Shown here: in pieces, positions 9,936 through 17,068 of the stretch | Position numbering within the stretch: position 1 is the first letter of the stretch | Layout of the letters: every line of letters begins with the position of its first letter | Assembly: GCA_041694835.1 (NCBI GenBank) | Contig: JBGFRZ010000049.1 | Coordinates: 1-30,341, forward strand | From: Ignavibacteria bacterium | GTDB taxonomy: Bacteria; Elusimicrobiota; Endomicrobiia; PHAN01 | Reading direction: 5' to 3' | Length of the DNA stretch: 30,341 nucleotides | The notes under the pieces: generated by a model | The model's database searches: none | Told to the model about the DNA's origin: nothing | The model's input: the letters and a program-made list of their open reading frames with translations, nothing else | Translations under genes and position numbers: made by a program

Positions 9936-10186
9936 ATAAATCCCACTTGATACTTGCTTTAACGAGGGTTTTATCTACGAGAAAAGAATGCTCGGACGCT
10001 CTTGAAAAGATATTCGGCGAGATGTCCAAAGCGCTCGCTCGCGGGGAAAAAGTTACGATATCCGGATTCGGAAGTTTCCACCCATACATCGCAAAAGCAA
10101 GAAAATGCATTAATCCGAAAACGAAGCAGAAGATAACCGTGCCACCGAAGAGAAAAGTCAGGTTCATACCATCTAAACCCCGTTAG
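9932..10186 (+). CDS. HU/IHF family DNA-binding protein (C-terminus altered by MITE insertion)
   Basis: MNKSHL...GEKVTISGFGSF...R...NPKT...F.PSK. ATGA overlap with the upstream gene. Same gene order as the ihfA-merR-tRNA-Pro arrangement. Confidence 0.9.
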   Translation: MNKSHLILALTRVLSTRKECSDALEKIFGEMSKALARGEKVTISGFGSFHPYIAKARKCINPKTKQKITVPPKRKVRFIPSKPR

Positions 10187-10633
10187 AAATCTTTTATGGT
10201 TGGCAAAATTGTCAAAACTTTTAATTACACCTTAAGAACCTTGCAATTTCGGGTCTTCGCCAATTTTGTCAACATCGGCATTGAGCTGCGTCCAAAAATA
10301 AAAAAGCGGTTGTAGAAATAGGACGCAGATTTTTGCAGATGAGTTTATAGTTGCTTTAATCTGCGTTTATCAAAGTTGTTTCTGCGTTTATCTGCGTTCA
10401 ATTATTTTTTAGAACGCGGACTTTCGCAGATTTGGTAGATATTAAGGGTCTTCTCCATTTTTTGTTGTGCGTATAAAAACAAAGTGTTTGAGCGGGTTTA
10501 ATCAAGTGTGAACGCTTGATTACCCCACCCCCGATTTATCGGGACGAGAATGAGCGAAAATATCAGCGGTATTGCAAAATCCTTACCCAATGTTACAACA
10601 ACATTTGGAGAAGAGCCGTAATTTCCAACGGGG
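10178..10633. mobile_element. MITE-like element, same TIR family, with a TAAA target-site duplication
   Basis: CCCCGTTAGAAAT (10178-10190) and ATTTCCAACGGGG (10621-10633), with TAAA at 10174-10177 and 10634-10637. Confidence 0.8.
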
Positions 10634-10684
10634 TAAAAATTTGTTTTAAACTTAAAGTTTTGCTTTAATATATAACGATGTAAA

Positions 10685-10797
10685 CCCCGCACCGCAGAAA
10701 GCCCCGGCTTTCAGTCGGGGTAAAGTTCCTTTTGCAAAGGTGGGGTTTAAAGCCCCACTCGCGCAGACCTCGCATCACGCATAAGTGTGGTGTGGGG
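10685..10797. mobile_element. Short MITE-like element with CCCCGCACC / GGTGTGGGG ends and a TAAA duplication
   Basis: TAAA at 10681-10684 and 10798-10801. The 9-bp inverted ends have 1 mismatch, and there are internal hairpins. Confidence 0.65.
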
Positions 10798-10822
10798 TAA
10801 ACATCCGCTGGAATTTTTTATT

Positions 10823-11185
10823 ATGATTGAACTCTTTATCCCCGAGAAGGAATTTTTTTCGATAGGAGAGGTCTCCAAGATAACCGGTCTTCCGTCGTAC
10901 ACACTCAGATACTGGGAGACTGAGTTTAGTATACTCAGACCCGCCAGAAGAGTTACGAAGCACAGAAAGTACACAAAAAAAGACATAGAAAGAGTTGCTA
11001 AAATACAAGAGCTCCTGCACAAAAAAAAATATACGATAGAAGGCGCTAAAAAAGCGCTTGTTAAGGAAGAAAAAGAGAAACACAAACAACTTAATCTCGA
11101 TTTCGCTCACGCAAGCGCGGCGGTGTCGGTATTAAAAGAGATAAAAAAGGATATCGGGGGAGTTTTGGAAAGATTGAAAAATTAG
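10823..11185 (+). CDS. MerR family transcriptional regulator
   Basis: FSIGEVSKITGLPSYTLRYWETEF..LRP...HRKY...YTIEGAKK. The ATG at 10823 is preferred because the longer ORF starts inside a MITE. Confidence 0.92.
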   Translation: MIELFIPEKEFFSIGEVSKITGLPSYTLRYWETEFSILRPARRVTKHRKYTKKDIERVAKIQELLHKKKYTIEGAKKALVKEEKEKHKQLNLDFAHASAAVSVLKEIKKDIGGVLERLKN

Positions 11186-11315
11186 ATATTTTTGAATGAG
11201 GCATTGTTTTTGCGGCGGAGCATAAAAAATGCTATACCGCTCTATAAAATTCGGGGCTTATTTCAGTTGGAAGAGTTCAATTTCTTCGGGATTGCCCATC
11301 ACTAAATTTTGATAT

Positions 11316-11352
11316 CGGGGAGTGTCGCGGTGGATTAGCGCGCACGGTTCGG
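11316..11352 (+). pseudogene. Degenerate 5' half of a tRNA-Pro(CGG)
   Basis: CGGGGAGTGTCGCGGTGGATTAGCGCGCACGGTTCGG. The last 13 nt are identical to 11399-11411 of the intact tRNA. Confidence 0.5.
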
Positions 11353-11373
11353 CTCCTCCCACACCTTTTCTTC

Positions 11374-11448
11374 CGGGGCATGGCTCAGTTGGTTTAGAGC
11401 GCACGGTTCGGGACCGTGAGGTCGGCAGTTCGAATCTGCCTGCCCCGA
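11374..11448 (+). tRNA. tRNA-Pro (CGG)
   Basis: Acceptor CGGGGCA/TGCCCCG, anticodon arm CACGG-TTCGGGA-CCGTG, T arm GGCAG-TTCGAAT-CTGCC. CCA is not encoded. Confidence 0.96.
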
Positions 11449-11479
11449 TTGTGAAGGTGCGGGAGAACTGAGTCCGCGG

Positions 11480-11879
11480 GTTCACCCCGTTAGAAATTAT
11501 AGTTGCATTGATGATTTTGTAACCACAGAATAGACTGAATTTTAACCATCGAGAAAATCAGCAACATAAAAACTAATTGAACGCAGATTAACGCAGAAAC
11601 AACTTTGATAAACGCAGATGAAAAAAGATTTGAACCACGAAAGCGTGAAAACACGAAAATACTTGTAAAGAATTTTGTGATTTCTAATTTTCGTGATTTC
11701 GTGGTAAAGTTTTTAATCTGCGATAATCCTGTAAATCTGCGTCCTGAAAAATAATTGAACGCAGATGAACGCAGAAACAACTTTGATAAATGCAGATTAA
11801 ACATTCATAAAATCATTCGCGACAATCTGCGAAAATCTGCGTCCAAATGTATCTTTCTGTGTTCACTCCGTTAGAAATT
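11480..11879. repeat. Repeat-rich block bounded by two direct copies of the MITE left end
   Basis: GTTCACCCCGTTAGAAATT (11480-11498) and GTTCACTCCGTTAGAAATT (11861-11879). The interior has ACGCAGAT/ATCTGCGT and CACGAAA/TTTCGTG modules. Confidence 0.7.
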
Positions 11880-11965
11880 TTAGATGTATGAACAACAATT
11901 TAGGATATTTCTAGTGCTTTGTCTCGCAAATAACTGTCAATACCGATGGCACAATCCCACTTTGC

Positions 11966-12124
11966 AAATCCCCTGCGCGGAGTTTACCCCGCACAGTTAT
12001 TGTGCGGGGCTTCCCACCAAATCCCCTTTTATTCCCCCTTTGAAAAAGGGCACCACTCTACTCATTCCCCCTTTAATAAAGGGGGGGGATTTAGGGGGAA
12101 TAAAAGGGGAATTAAGAGGGATTT
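11966..12124. repeat. Composite palindromic (REP-like) cluster, sister of 25413-25710
   Basis: CCCCGCACAGTTATTGTGCGGGG hairpin plus CCCCCTTT...AAAGGGGG hairpins. About 58 bp recurs inverted near 25650-25709. Confidence 0.75.
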
Positions 12125-12193
12125 AATGGAAGCACCGCTGAAAGAGCAGATATTAAAGAGACAGAGCACTATCGGAGTTCTTATATTTTAATT

Positions 12194-13333
12194 ATGACAT
12201 CTGAAATACTTTTGGTTTATGCCGCAAAACCCTCCGGCCATCAGAAAGCGGCCGAGTCTATTCGGATGGCCATAAAAAACATAAATCCAAAAGTATGCAT
12301 CAACGAACTCGATTTTTTCACAGACGGATACCCCATTTTGGGGCCGGCCATAGCGTCGCTTTATTTAGAAGTAGTTCAAAAAGTTCCAAATCTTTGGAAT
12401 CAAATCTATAACGGTGGACAAAATCTTCAAAACTCAAGCAGGGAAGCGAGGGGCTTCTTTAATTTTTTACAGCTTCCCAAAATTAGAAGTTATCTGAAGA
12501 AATACAAACCTTCAGTTATTGTTTCCACGCATGCGGCCACGAGCGGGATTCTTGCGGTGGAAAAGACGCTCAACAAATCATCTAATTTTTTTCTATCAAG
12601 CGTTGTAACCGACTTCGGAACTCACGATTACTGGCCGCAAAAAGGCGTTGATGCATATTTCGTGCCGACGGATGAAGTGAAGAGTGAATTTATAAAAATG
12701 GGGATATCCCGTGAAAAAATAGAGGTCACCGGTATCCCGGTAAATCCCGAGTTTTCTTTGTCTTCAGGTTCAACCGAATCGGTGTATCAGGAATTCATGC
12801 TGAAAAAAAATATATTCACAGTTCTTGTCATGGGTGGCTCGCACGGACTTGGTGGCGTCGAGAAAATAATAGAAACGATAAACAAATCCGGCGCACTCTT
12901 CCAGACTCTGGTTGTATGCGGCCACAACGAGTTCTTATATAAAAATCTCTTAAAAAACTACTCTCAACTGCCTTATGTGAAGATAATAAAATACACTCGC
13001 AAGGTTCACAAACTCATGGAAGTTTCCGATGTATTAATAACGAAAGCGGGTGGTATCACGATAGCAGAAGCCGCTCACAAAGAACTGCCGCTTATAATAT
13101 TTAATCCCCTGCCGGCCCAGGAGGAGAAAAACACCCGGTATCTTTTGAAACGGAAAGCGGCCATTTACTGTAAAAATACGGAGGAACTTTCGACGGTGTT
13201 GAAAAAATTTGCGATAAAGCCGACAAAACTCTCCGTTTACAGAGATAAAATAAAAAACATAATGTTTCTCGACGGTTCGAAAAAAATTGCGAGATATATT
13301 TTGAGGGAATTAAATGTACACGGAAGAGCGTGA
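12194..13333 (+). CDS. MGDG-synthase/UgtP-like diacylglycerol glycosyltransferase (GT28)
   Basis: SGHQKAAE, VVTDFGTHDYW, TGIPV, MGGSHG, ITKAGGITIAEA, PAQEEKN. Confidence 0.88.
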   Translation: MTSEILLVYAAKPSGHQKAAESIRMAIKNINPKVCINELDFFTDGYPILGPAIASLYLEVVQKVPNLWNQIYNGGQNLQNSSREARGFFNFLQLPKIRSYLKKYKPSVIVSTHAATSGILAVEKTLNKSSNFFLSSVVTDFGTHDYWPQKGVDAYFVPTDEVKSEFIKMGISREKIEVTGIPVNPEFSLSSGSTESVYQEFMLKKNIFTVLVMGGSHGLGGVEKIIETINKSGALFQTLVVCGHNEFLYKNLLKNYSQLPYVKIIKYTRKVHKLMEVSDVLITKAGGITIAEAAHKELPLIIFNPLPAQEEKNTRYLLKRKAAIYCKNTEELSTVLKKFAIKPTKLSVYRDKIKNIMFLDGSKKIARYILRELNVHGRA

Positions 13334-13952
13334 ACAAATGGTACGGTTTCAGCTTGTCGCAAGGGGCATAAAAAACAAAAGAGTTATAGACGCTTTTAGA
13401 AAAGTTCCGAGGCATCTTTTCGTGAACGAACGCTTCAGAGACGATGCCTACGGAGACCATCCACTTCCAATAGGTGCCGGGCAGACTATTTCGCAGCCTT
13501 TCATCGTGGCGAGGATGACCGAGTTTCTTGAAGTAACCGAGGATACGAAAGTGCTCGAGATAGGCACTGGCTCCGGTTATCAGACGGCGATTCTGGCCGA
13601 ACTCGCCAAAGAGGTTTACACGGTCGAAAGGATAGAGTCACTTCTTGAAGGGGCAAAAAAAATACTTGACAATCTTGGCTACAAGAACATTCGTTTCAAA
13701 ACCGGCGACGGAACATTGGGATGGCGAAAGTTTGCCCCTTTCGACAGGATAATAGTTACAGCGGCTGCCCCAGACATAACTCAGACGCTTTTTGAACAGC
13801 TGAAAGAAAATGGTAAAATGGTGATGCCGCTCGGCGAGCGTTTTTCTCAAGTTTTGACTGTCGTCGAAAAAGCCAGGGGCAAAAAGAAAGTTTATAAAAG
13901 CGACGGATGCATCTTCGTCCCTCTAATCGGCGAATACGGATTTGAGCAATGA
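13314..13952 (+). CDS. pcm: Protein-L-isoaspartate O-methyltransferase
   Basis: VPRHLFV, GQTISQP, VLEIGTGSGYQTA, GDGTLGW, APFDRIIVTAA, FVPLIG. Confidence 0.96.
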   Translation: MYTEEREQMVRFQLVARGIKNKRVIDAFRKVPRHLFVNERFRDDAYGDHPLPIGAGQTISQPFIVARMTEFLEVTEDTKVLEIGTGSGYQTAILAELAKEVYTVERIESLLEGAKKILDNLGYKNIRFKTGDGTLGWRKFAPFDRIIVTAAAPDITQTLFEQLKENGKMVMPLGERFSQVLTVVEKARGKKKVYKSDGCIFVPLIGEYGFEQ

Positions 13953-14437
13953 AGGAAGCGATTATTAAATATTTGACGGATTTTTTGTCGCCGGAAGTGG
14001 CTACGATATTACTTTCGGCGATGCCAGTTTCTGAGTTAAGGGGTGCGTTGCCTGTCGCTATGAAAATCTTCAACTTCACACCTATGAAGGCGTATGTTTT
14101 GTGCGTCATAGGCAACCTTATCCCCATAATCCCGCTGCTTTTCTTTCTGAATTACATCTCGCATCTTCTGATGAAAATCGGGGTTTTCAAAAAATTCTTC
14201 AATTGGTGGTTCAAAAGGACGAGGAAACATTCTAATCTTGTCGAAAAATACGAAATTCTGGGTCTTATGCTTTTTGTGGCGGTTCCTCTTCCGATGACAG
14301 GGGCATGGAGCGGTTGTGTGGCCGCTTATCTTCTCGGAATCAAATTCAGGCATGCTCTTGTGGCGATAACGTCCGGGGTTCTTATGGCCGGCGTCATAGT
14401 TGTCGTTGTAACGCTCGGGGTATTCAAAATTTTATAG
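13949..14437 (+). CDS. COG2426 / small multi-drug export family membrane protein
   Basis: PVSELRGALP, FVAVPLPMTGAWSG, and several TM segments. Confidence 0.85.
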   Translation: MKEAIIKYLTDFLSPEVATILLSAMPVSELRGALPVAMKIFNFTPMKAYVLCVIGNLIPIIPLLFFLNYISHLLMKIGVFKKFFNWWFKRTRKHSNLVEKYEILGLMLFVAVPLPMTGAWSGCVAAYLLGIKFRHALVAITSGVLMAGVIVVVVTLGVFKIL

Positions 14438-14532
14438 TAGCCGTGCAAAATCTGTGAATGAGATATATCTTTTTAAGGCAGTCCGTTTTGAACCGCGTAA
14501 GCATAATGTAATATCCTCCTTCCAATGCCCTC

Positions 14533-14562
14533 TTGACACAACCTTGTTTAATTTGCTATAAT
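14533..14562 (+). promoter_or_regulatory. Consensus sigma70 promoter of the chemosensory cluster
   Basis: TTGACA (14533-14538), 18-nt spacer, TG-extended TATAAT (14557-14562), 31 nt before ATG 14594. Confidence 0.75.
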
Positions 14563-14593
14563 TACACTAATTACAATTTTTATATTTCAAACT

Positions 14594-15208
14594 ATGGACA
14601 GGTTTTATACGACATTTGAAGTGAGCAAACTTTGCGGCGTCGCTCTTACGACGGTGATATCGTGGGTCAACGGCGAGAAACTTCCCGCGTTCAAGACGCC
14701 CGGCGGGCACAGACGCATAAAACAAGATGACCTGCTTAACTTCCTTAAAAAATACGAGATGCCAATCCCGGGAGTGCTTGCACGCAATAAACCTGATGAA
14801 CCCAAAATTCTCATAGTAGACGACGACGCCCTAACATTAAAAATCCTCTCCAAAACCCTCCGCGGAACCGGTCGTATAATTACGGCAGCCGACGGCTTTA
14901 CAGCCGGAACGCTTGTGGAAAAAGAACTGCCCGACATCATACTCCTTGACATATTTTTGCCGGGCATTGACGGCATAGAAATCTGCAGGCGCATAAAATC
15001 GTCTCAAAAAACCAGGCACATAAAAATCATAGGAATGACCGCTTACTTCAAAACCGGAGTAAGGGAAAAAATTTTGGCCGCAGGTGCCGACGAATGCCTT
15101 TCAAAACCTTTCGATCCGGATTATATAAGAAAGCGGGTGGCCGCTATAGTTGGCGCCCCGCAGGTCGCCGCAAAAAAAATTATGACGGAGGCGTTTAACT
15201 ATGGCTAA
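14594..15208 (+). CDS. Response regulator with N-terminal excisionase/MerR-like HTH and C-terminal receiver
   Basis: YTTFEVSKLCGVALTTVISWV..LPAFKTPGGHRRI, then ILIVDDD...ILLDIFLP...SKPF. Confidence 0.9.
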   Translation: MDRFYTTFEVSKLCGVALTTVISWVNGEKLPAFKTPGGHRRIKQDDLLNFLKKYEMPIPGVLARNKPDEPKILIVDDDALTLKILSKTLRGTGRIITAADGFTAGTLVEKELPDIILLDIFLPGIDGIEICRRIKSSQKTRHIKIIGMTAYFKTGVREKILAAGADECLSKPFDPDYIRKRVAAIVGAPQVAAKKIMTEAFNYG

Positions 15209-15740
15209 TGAAAACGACAGACGCACAACAGTCATTGAAGACCGCCAAATCGTGGCTTTCAATCTCGGCGAAGAGGAATACGGCGTGGACATAATGCAAG
15301 TGCAGGAAATAGTTCGACTGCCGGAAATCACAAGAATCCCGCAGATGCCCGATTTCGTAGAAGGGGTTATCAACCTCAGAGGCAAAATCATCCCCATAAT
15401 AGATTTGCGCAAAAGATTCAACATATCCGAAAAAGAACGCACCGAAAAGACGCGCATCGTCGTGGCGGACGCGGGTGTACAGACGATAGGTCTGATAGTG
15501 GACGGCGTTTCGGAGGTCCTAAGAATAAATGAAAACTCCATAGACACAATCCCGCCGTCAATCGCTTCAATAGACACTGAATACCTAAACGGCGTCGCGA
15601 AGTTTTCCGAAACCCGATTGATAATACTTCTGGACTTAAAAAAGTTGCTTACGGAACTGGAAAAAGAGGCCGTATCAGGCATATCTTCGTCGGAGAATGC
15701 CGCAGTCGGAGAGGTTCCCGGGGCGGATACTGCTATCTAG
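15201..15740 (+). CDS. cheW: Chemotaxis coupling protein CheW
   Basis: FNLGEEEYGVDI..VQEI, ITRIP...GVINLRGKIIPIIDLR, GLIVDGVSEV. Confidence 0.96.
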   Translation: MANENDRRTTVIEDRQIVAFNLGEEEYGVDIMQVQEIVRLPEITRIPQMPDFVEGVINLRGKIIPIIDLRKRFNISEKERTEKTRIVVADAGVQTIGLIVDGVSEVLRINENSIDTIPPSIASIDTEYLNGVAKFSETRLIILLDLKKLLTELEKEAVSGISSSENAAVGEVPGADTAI

Positions 15741-15766
15741 CACTGCTGATAGGATGCAATAAAAAA

Positions 15767-15988
15767 ATGGCTAATATCACAATATCAAAAGAAGAATATC
15801 AGAATCTTAAACAACAAGCAAAAGCATATCAAAAATTATCAGGTAGTCTTTTTGAATCTATAATTAGGGACCATGTAGAAGAAGTGGTTGAAGATTTTCG
15901 CAGGACAAATATTTATACCGACGGATTCCTCAGGGATTTAGAAAATGGGTTGCGTAAATCTTCCTATGCACGAGCAACAAAAAGATGA
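15767..15988 (+). CDS. Putative type II antitoxin
   Basis: 73-aa AT-rich ORF (ITISKEEY...) with an ATGA overlap to a downstream RelE/YoeB-like frame. Confidence 0.6.
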   Translation: MANITISKEEYQNLKQQAKAYQKLSGSLFESIIRDHVEEVVEDFRRTNIYTDGFLRDLENGLRKSSYARATKR

Positions 15989-16236
15989 AATTAAAACCAC
16001 TCAGAGGCGACCTCGTCAGATTTCTTGATACACATAACATAGCAAGGAAATGGAAGAAAGTCCGTTATCTTTTTGAAAGGGATTTAAGGCATCCATCATT
16101 ACATACAGAATTGCTTAACCCTCATTGGCGTGGCATCTAATCCTTTCGGGTAGATAAGAAATATCGGGCATTGTTTTTTATTACCAAAGAAGGAATGGCA
16201 GAAGTGTTTGCGATTACAAGTCATTACAAAAAATGA
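15985..16236 (+). pseudogene. RelE/YoeB-like toxin interrupted by a nonsense codon
   Basis: MKLKPLRG...RHPSLHTELLNPHWRGI*SFRVDKKYRALF...ITSHYKK. In-frame TAA at 16138-16140 falls where a Tyr is expected (GIYSFR). Confidence 0.75.
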
Positions 16237-16311
16237 ATTGGTGGCGGTGCGATTAAGAGCGCATCCCGATGGGGCGGGATAGTTGCCAGTTGAGCGGGGG
16301 GAGTAAATAAT

Positions 16312-16388
16312 AGGTGATTAGGATATTAAGAAATCAGGTTACCATGGAAACCCCCTAATCACCCAATCGCTTAATCGCTTAATCGCCC
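16312..16388. repeat. Inverted octamer array ((A)GCGATT / AATCGCT type), copy 1
   Basis: Degenerate left arm AGGTGATT..., right arm TAATCACC CAATCGCT TAATCGCT TAATCGCC. Confidence 0.7.
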
Positions 16389-16443
16389 GAATAATATCGT
16401 GTAATTCGCAGTTAAATTTTATCATAAGGAGGAGGAATGTTTT

Positions 16444-16851
16444 ATGGCACTCATAACATGGAGTCAAAATTTTAGCGTAGGAGTAAAAGACATAGACGAG
16501 CAGCATAAAAAATTAATAACGCTTGTCAACGAACTTCACGACGCAATGTCGGTGGGGAAAGGCAGGGAAGTGCTTGGAAAAATTCTATCAGACCTCATTT
16601 CTTACACCGTCTATCATTTTAAGCACGAAGAAGACCTTTTCGAAAAATACGCTTATCTTGGATATATCGCCCACAAAACCGAGCACGACAAACTCGCAGG
16701 ACAGGCCGGCGATATTAAGAAAAAATTTGACTCGGGCGAAGCGGTGCTTACCATAGAAGTAATGAATTTCCTGCGCGACTGGCTCAACAACCACATACTC
16801 GGCTCCGACAAAAAATACGGACCGTTCTTAAATTCAAAAGGCGTATCTTGA
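16444..16851 (+). CDS. Single-domain bacteriohemerythrin
   Basis: W...SVGV..IDEQH, HFKHEE, HKTEH, WLNNHILGSD diiron ligands. Strong RBS AGGAGGAGG. Confidence 0.95.
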   Translation: MALITWSQNFSVGVKDIDEQHKKLITLVNELHDAMSVGKGREVLGKILSDLISYTVYHFKHEEDLFEKYAYLGYIAHKTEHDKLAGQAGDIKKKFDSGEAVLTIEVMNFLRDWLNNHILGSDKKYGPFLNSKGVS

Positions 16852-16858
16852 ATTTTAT

Positions 16859-16935
16859 CCCCTCTAACAAGAGGGGTGTCCCCGATTTATCGGGGACGGG
16901 GTGTGTCCCCTCTATTAAGAGGGGTAGGGGTGTGT
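16859..16935. repeat. REP-like hairpin cluster (CCCCTCT-N4-AGAGGGG ... GGGGTGTGT)
   Basis: Two CCCCTCT/AGAGGGG hairpins plus the GTCCCCGATTTATCGGGGAC palindrome. Confidence 0.8.
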
Positions 16936-16967
16936 GCAAAAAAAGGGAGGGGGGATTTCATAAGAGG

Positions 16968-17050
16968 ATGATTAAGCAATCAGCGATTAGGTTTTTACAC
17001 TCAATCGCTTAATCGCTTAGTCGCCTAATCGCTCAATCATCGCCCAATCA
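16968..17050. repeat. Inverted octamer array, copy 2
   Basis: GATTAAGCAATCAGCGATTAGG...CAATCGCT TAATCGCT TAGTCGCC TAATCGCT CAATC. Confidence 0.75.
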
Positions 17051-17068
17051 CTTTACAGGAGGAACTAT

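Noticed and set aside
11884-12191. ORFs 11884..12126 and 11946..12191, and similar ORFs at 3935, 4059, 10498, 11490, 18988, 20264, 20355, 25535, 25554 and 27475
   Set aside because: These are translations of palindromic repeats (PPL.KGG-type peptides) with no protein-family signal.
16138-16140. Stop-codon recoding to explain the in-frame TAA in the toxin and the TAG at 13-15
   Set aside because: TAA, TAG and TGA all end normal genes in this window, so simple nonsense mutations in accessory genes are more parsimonious.
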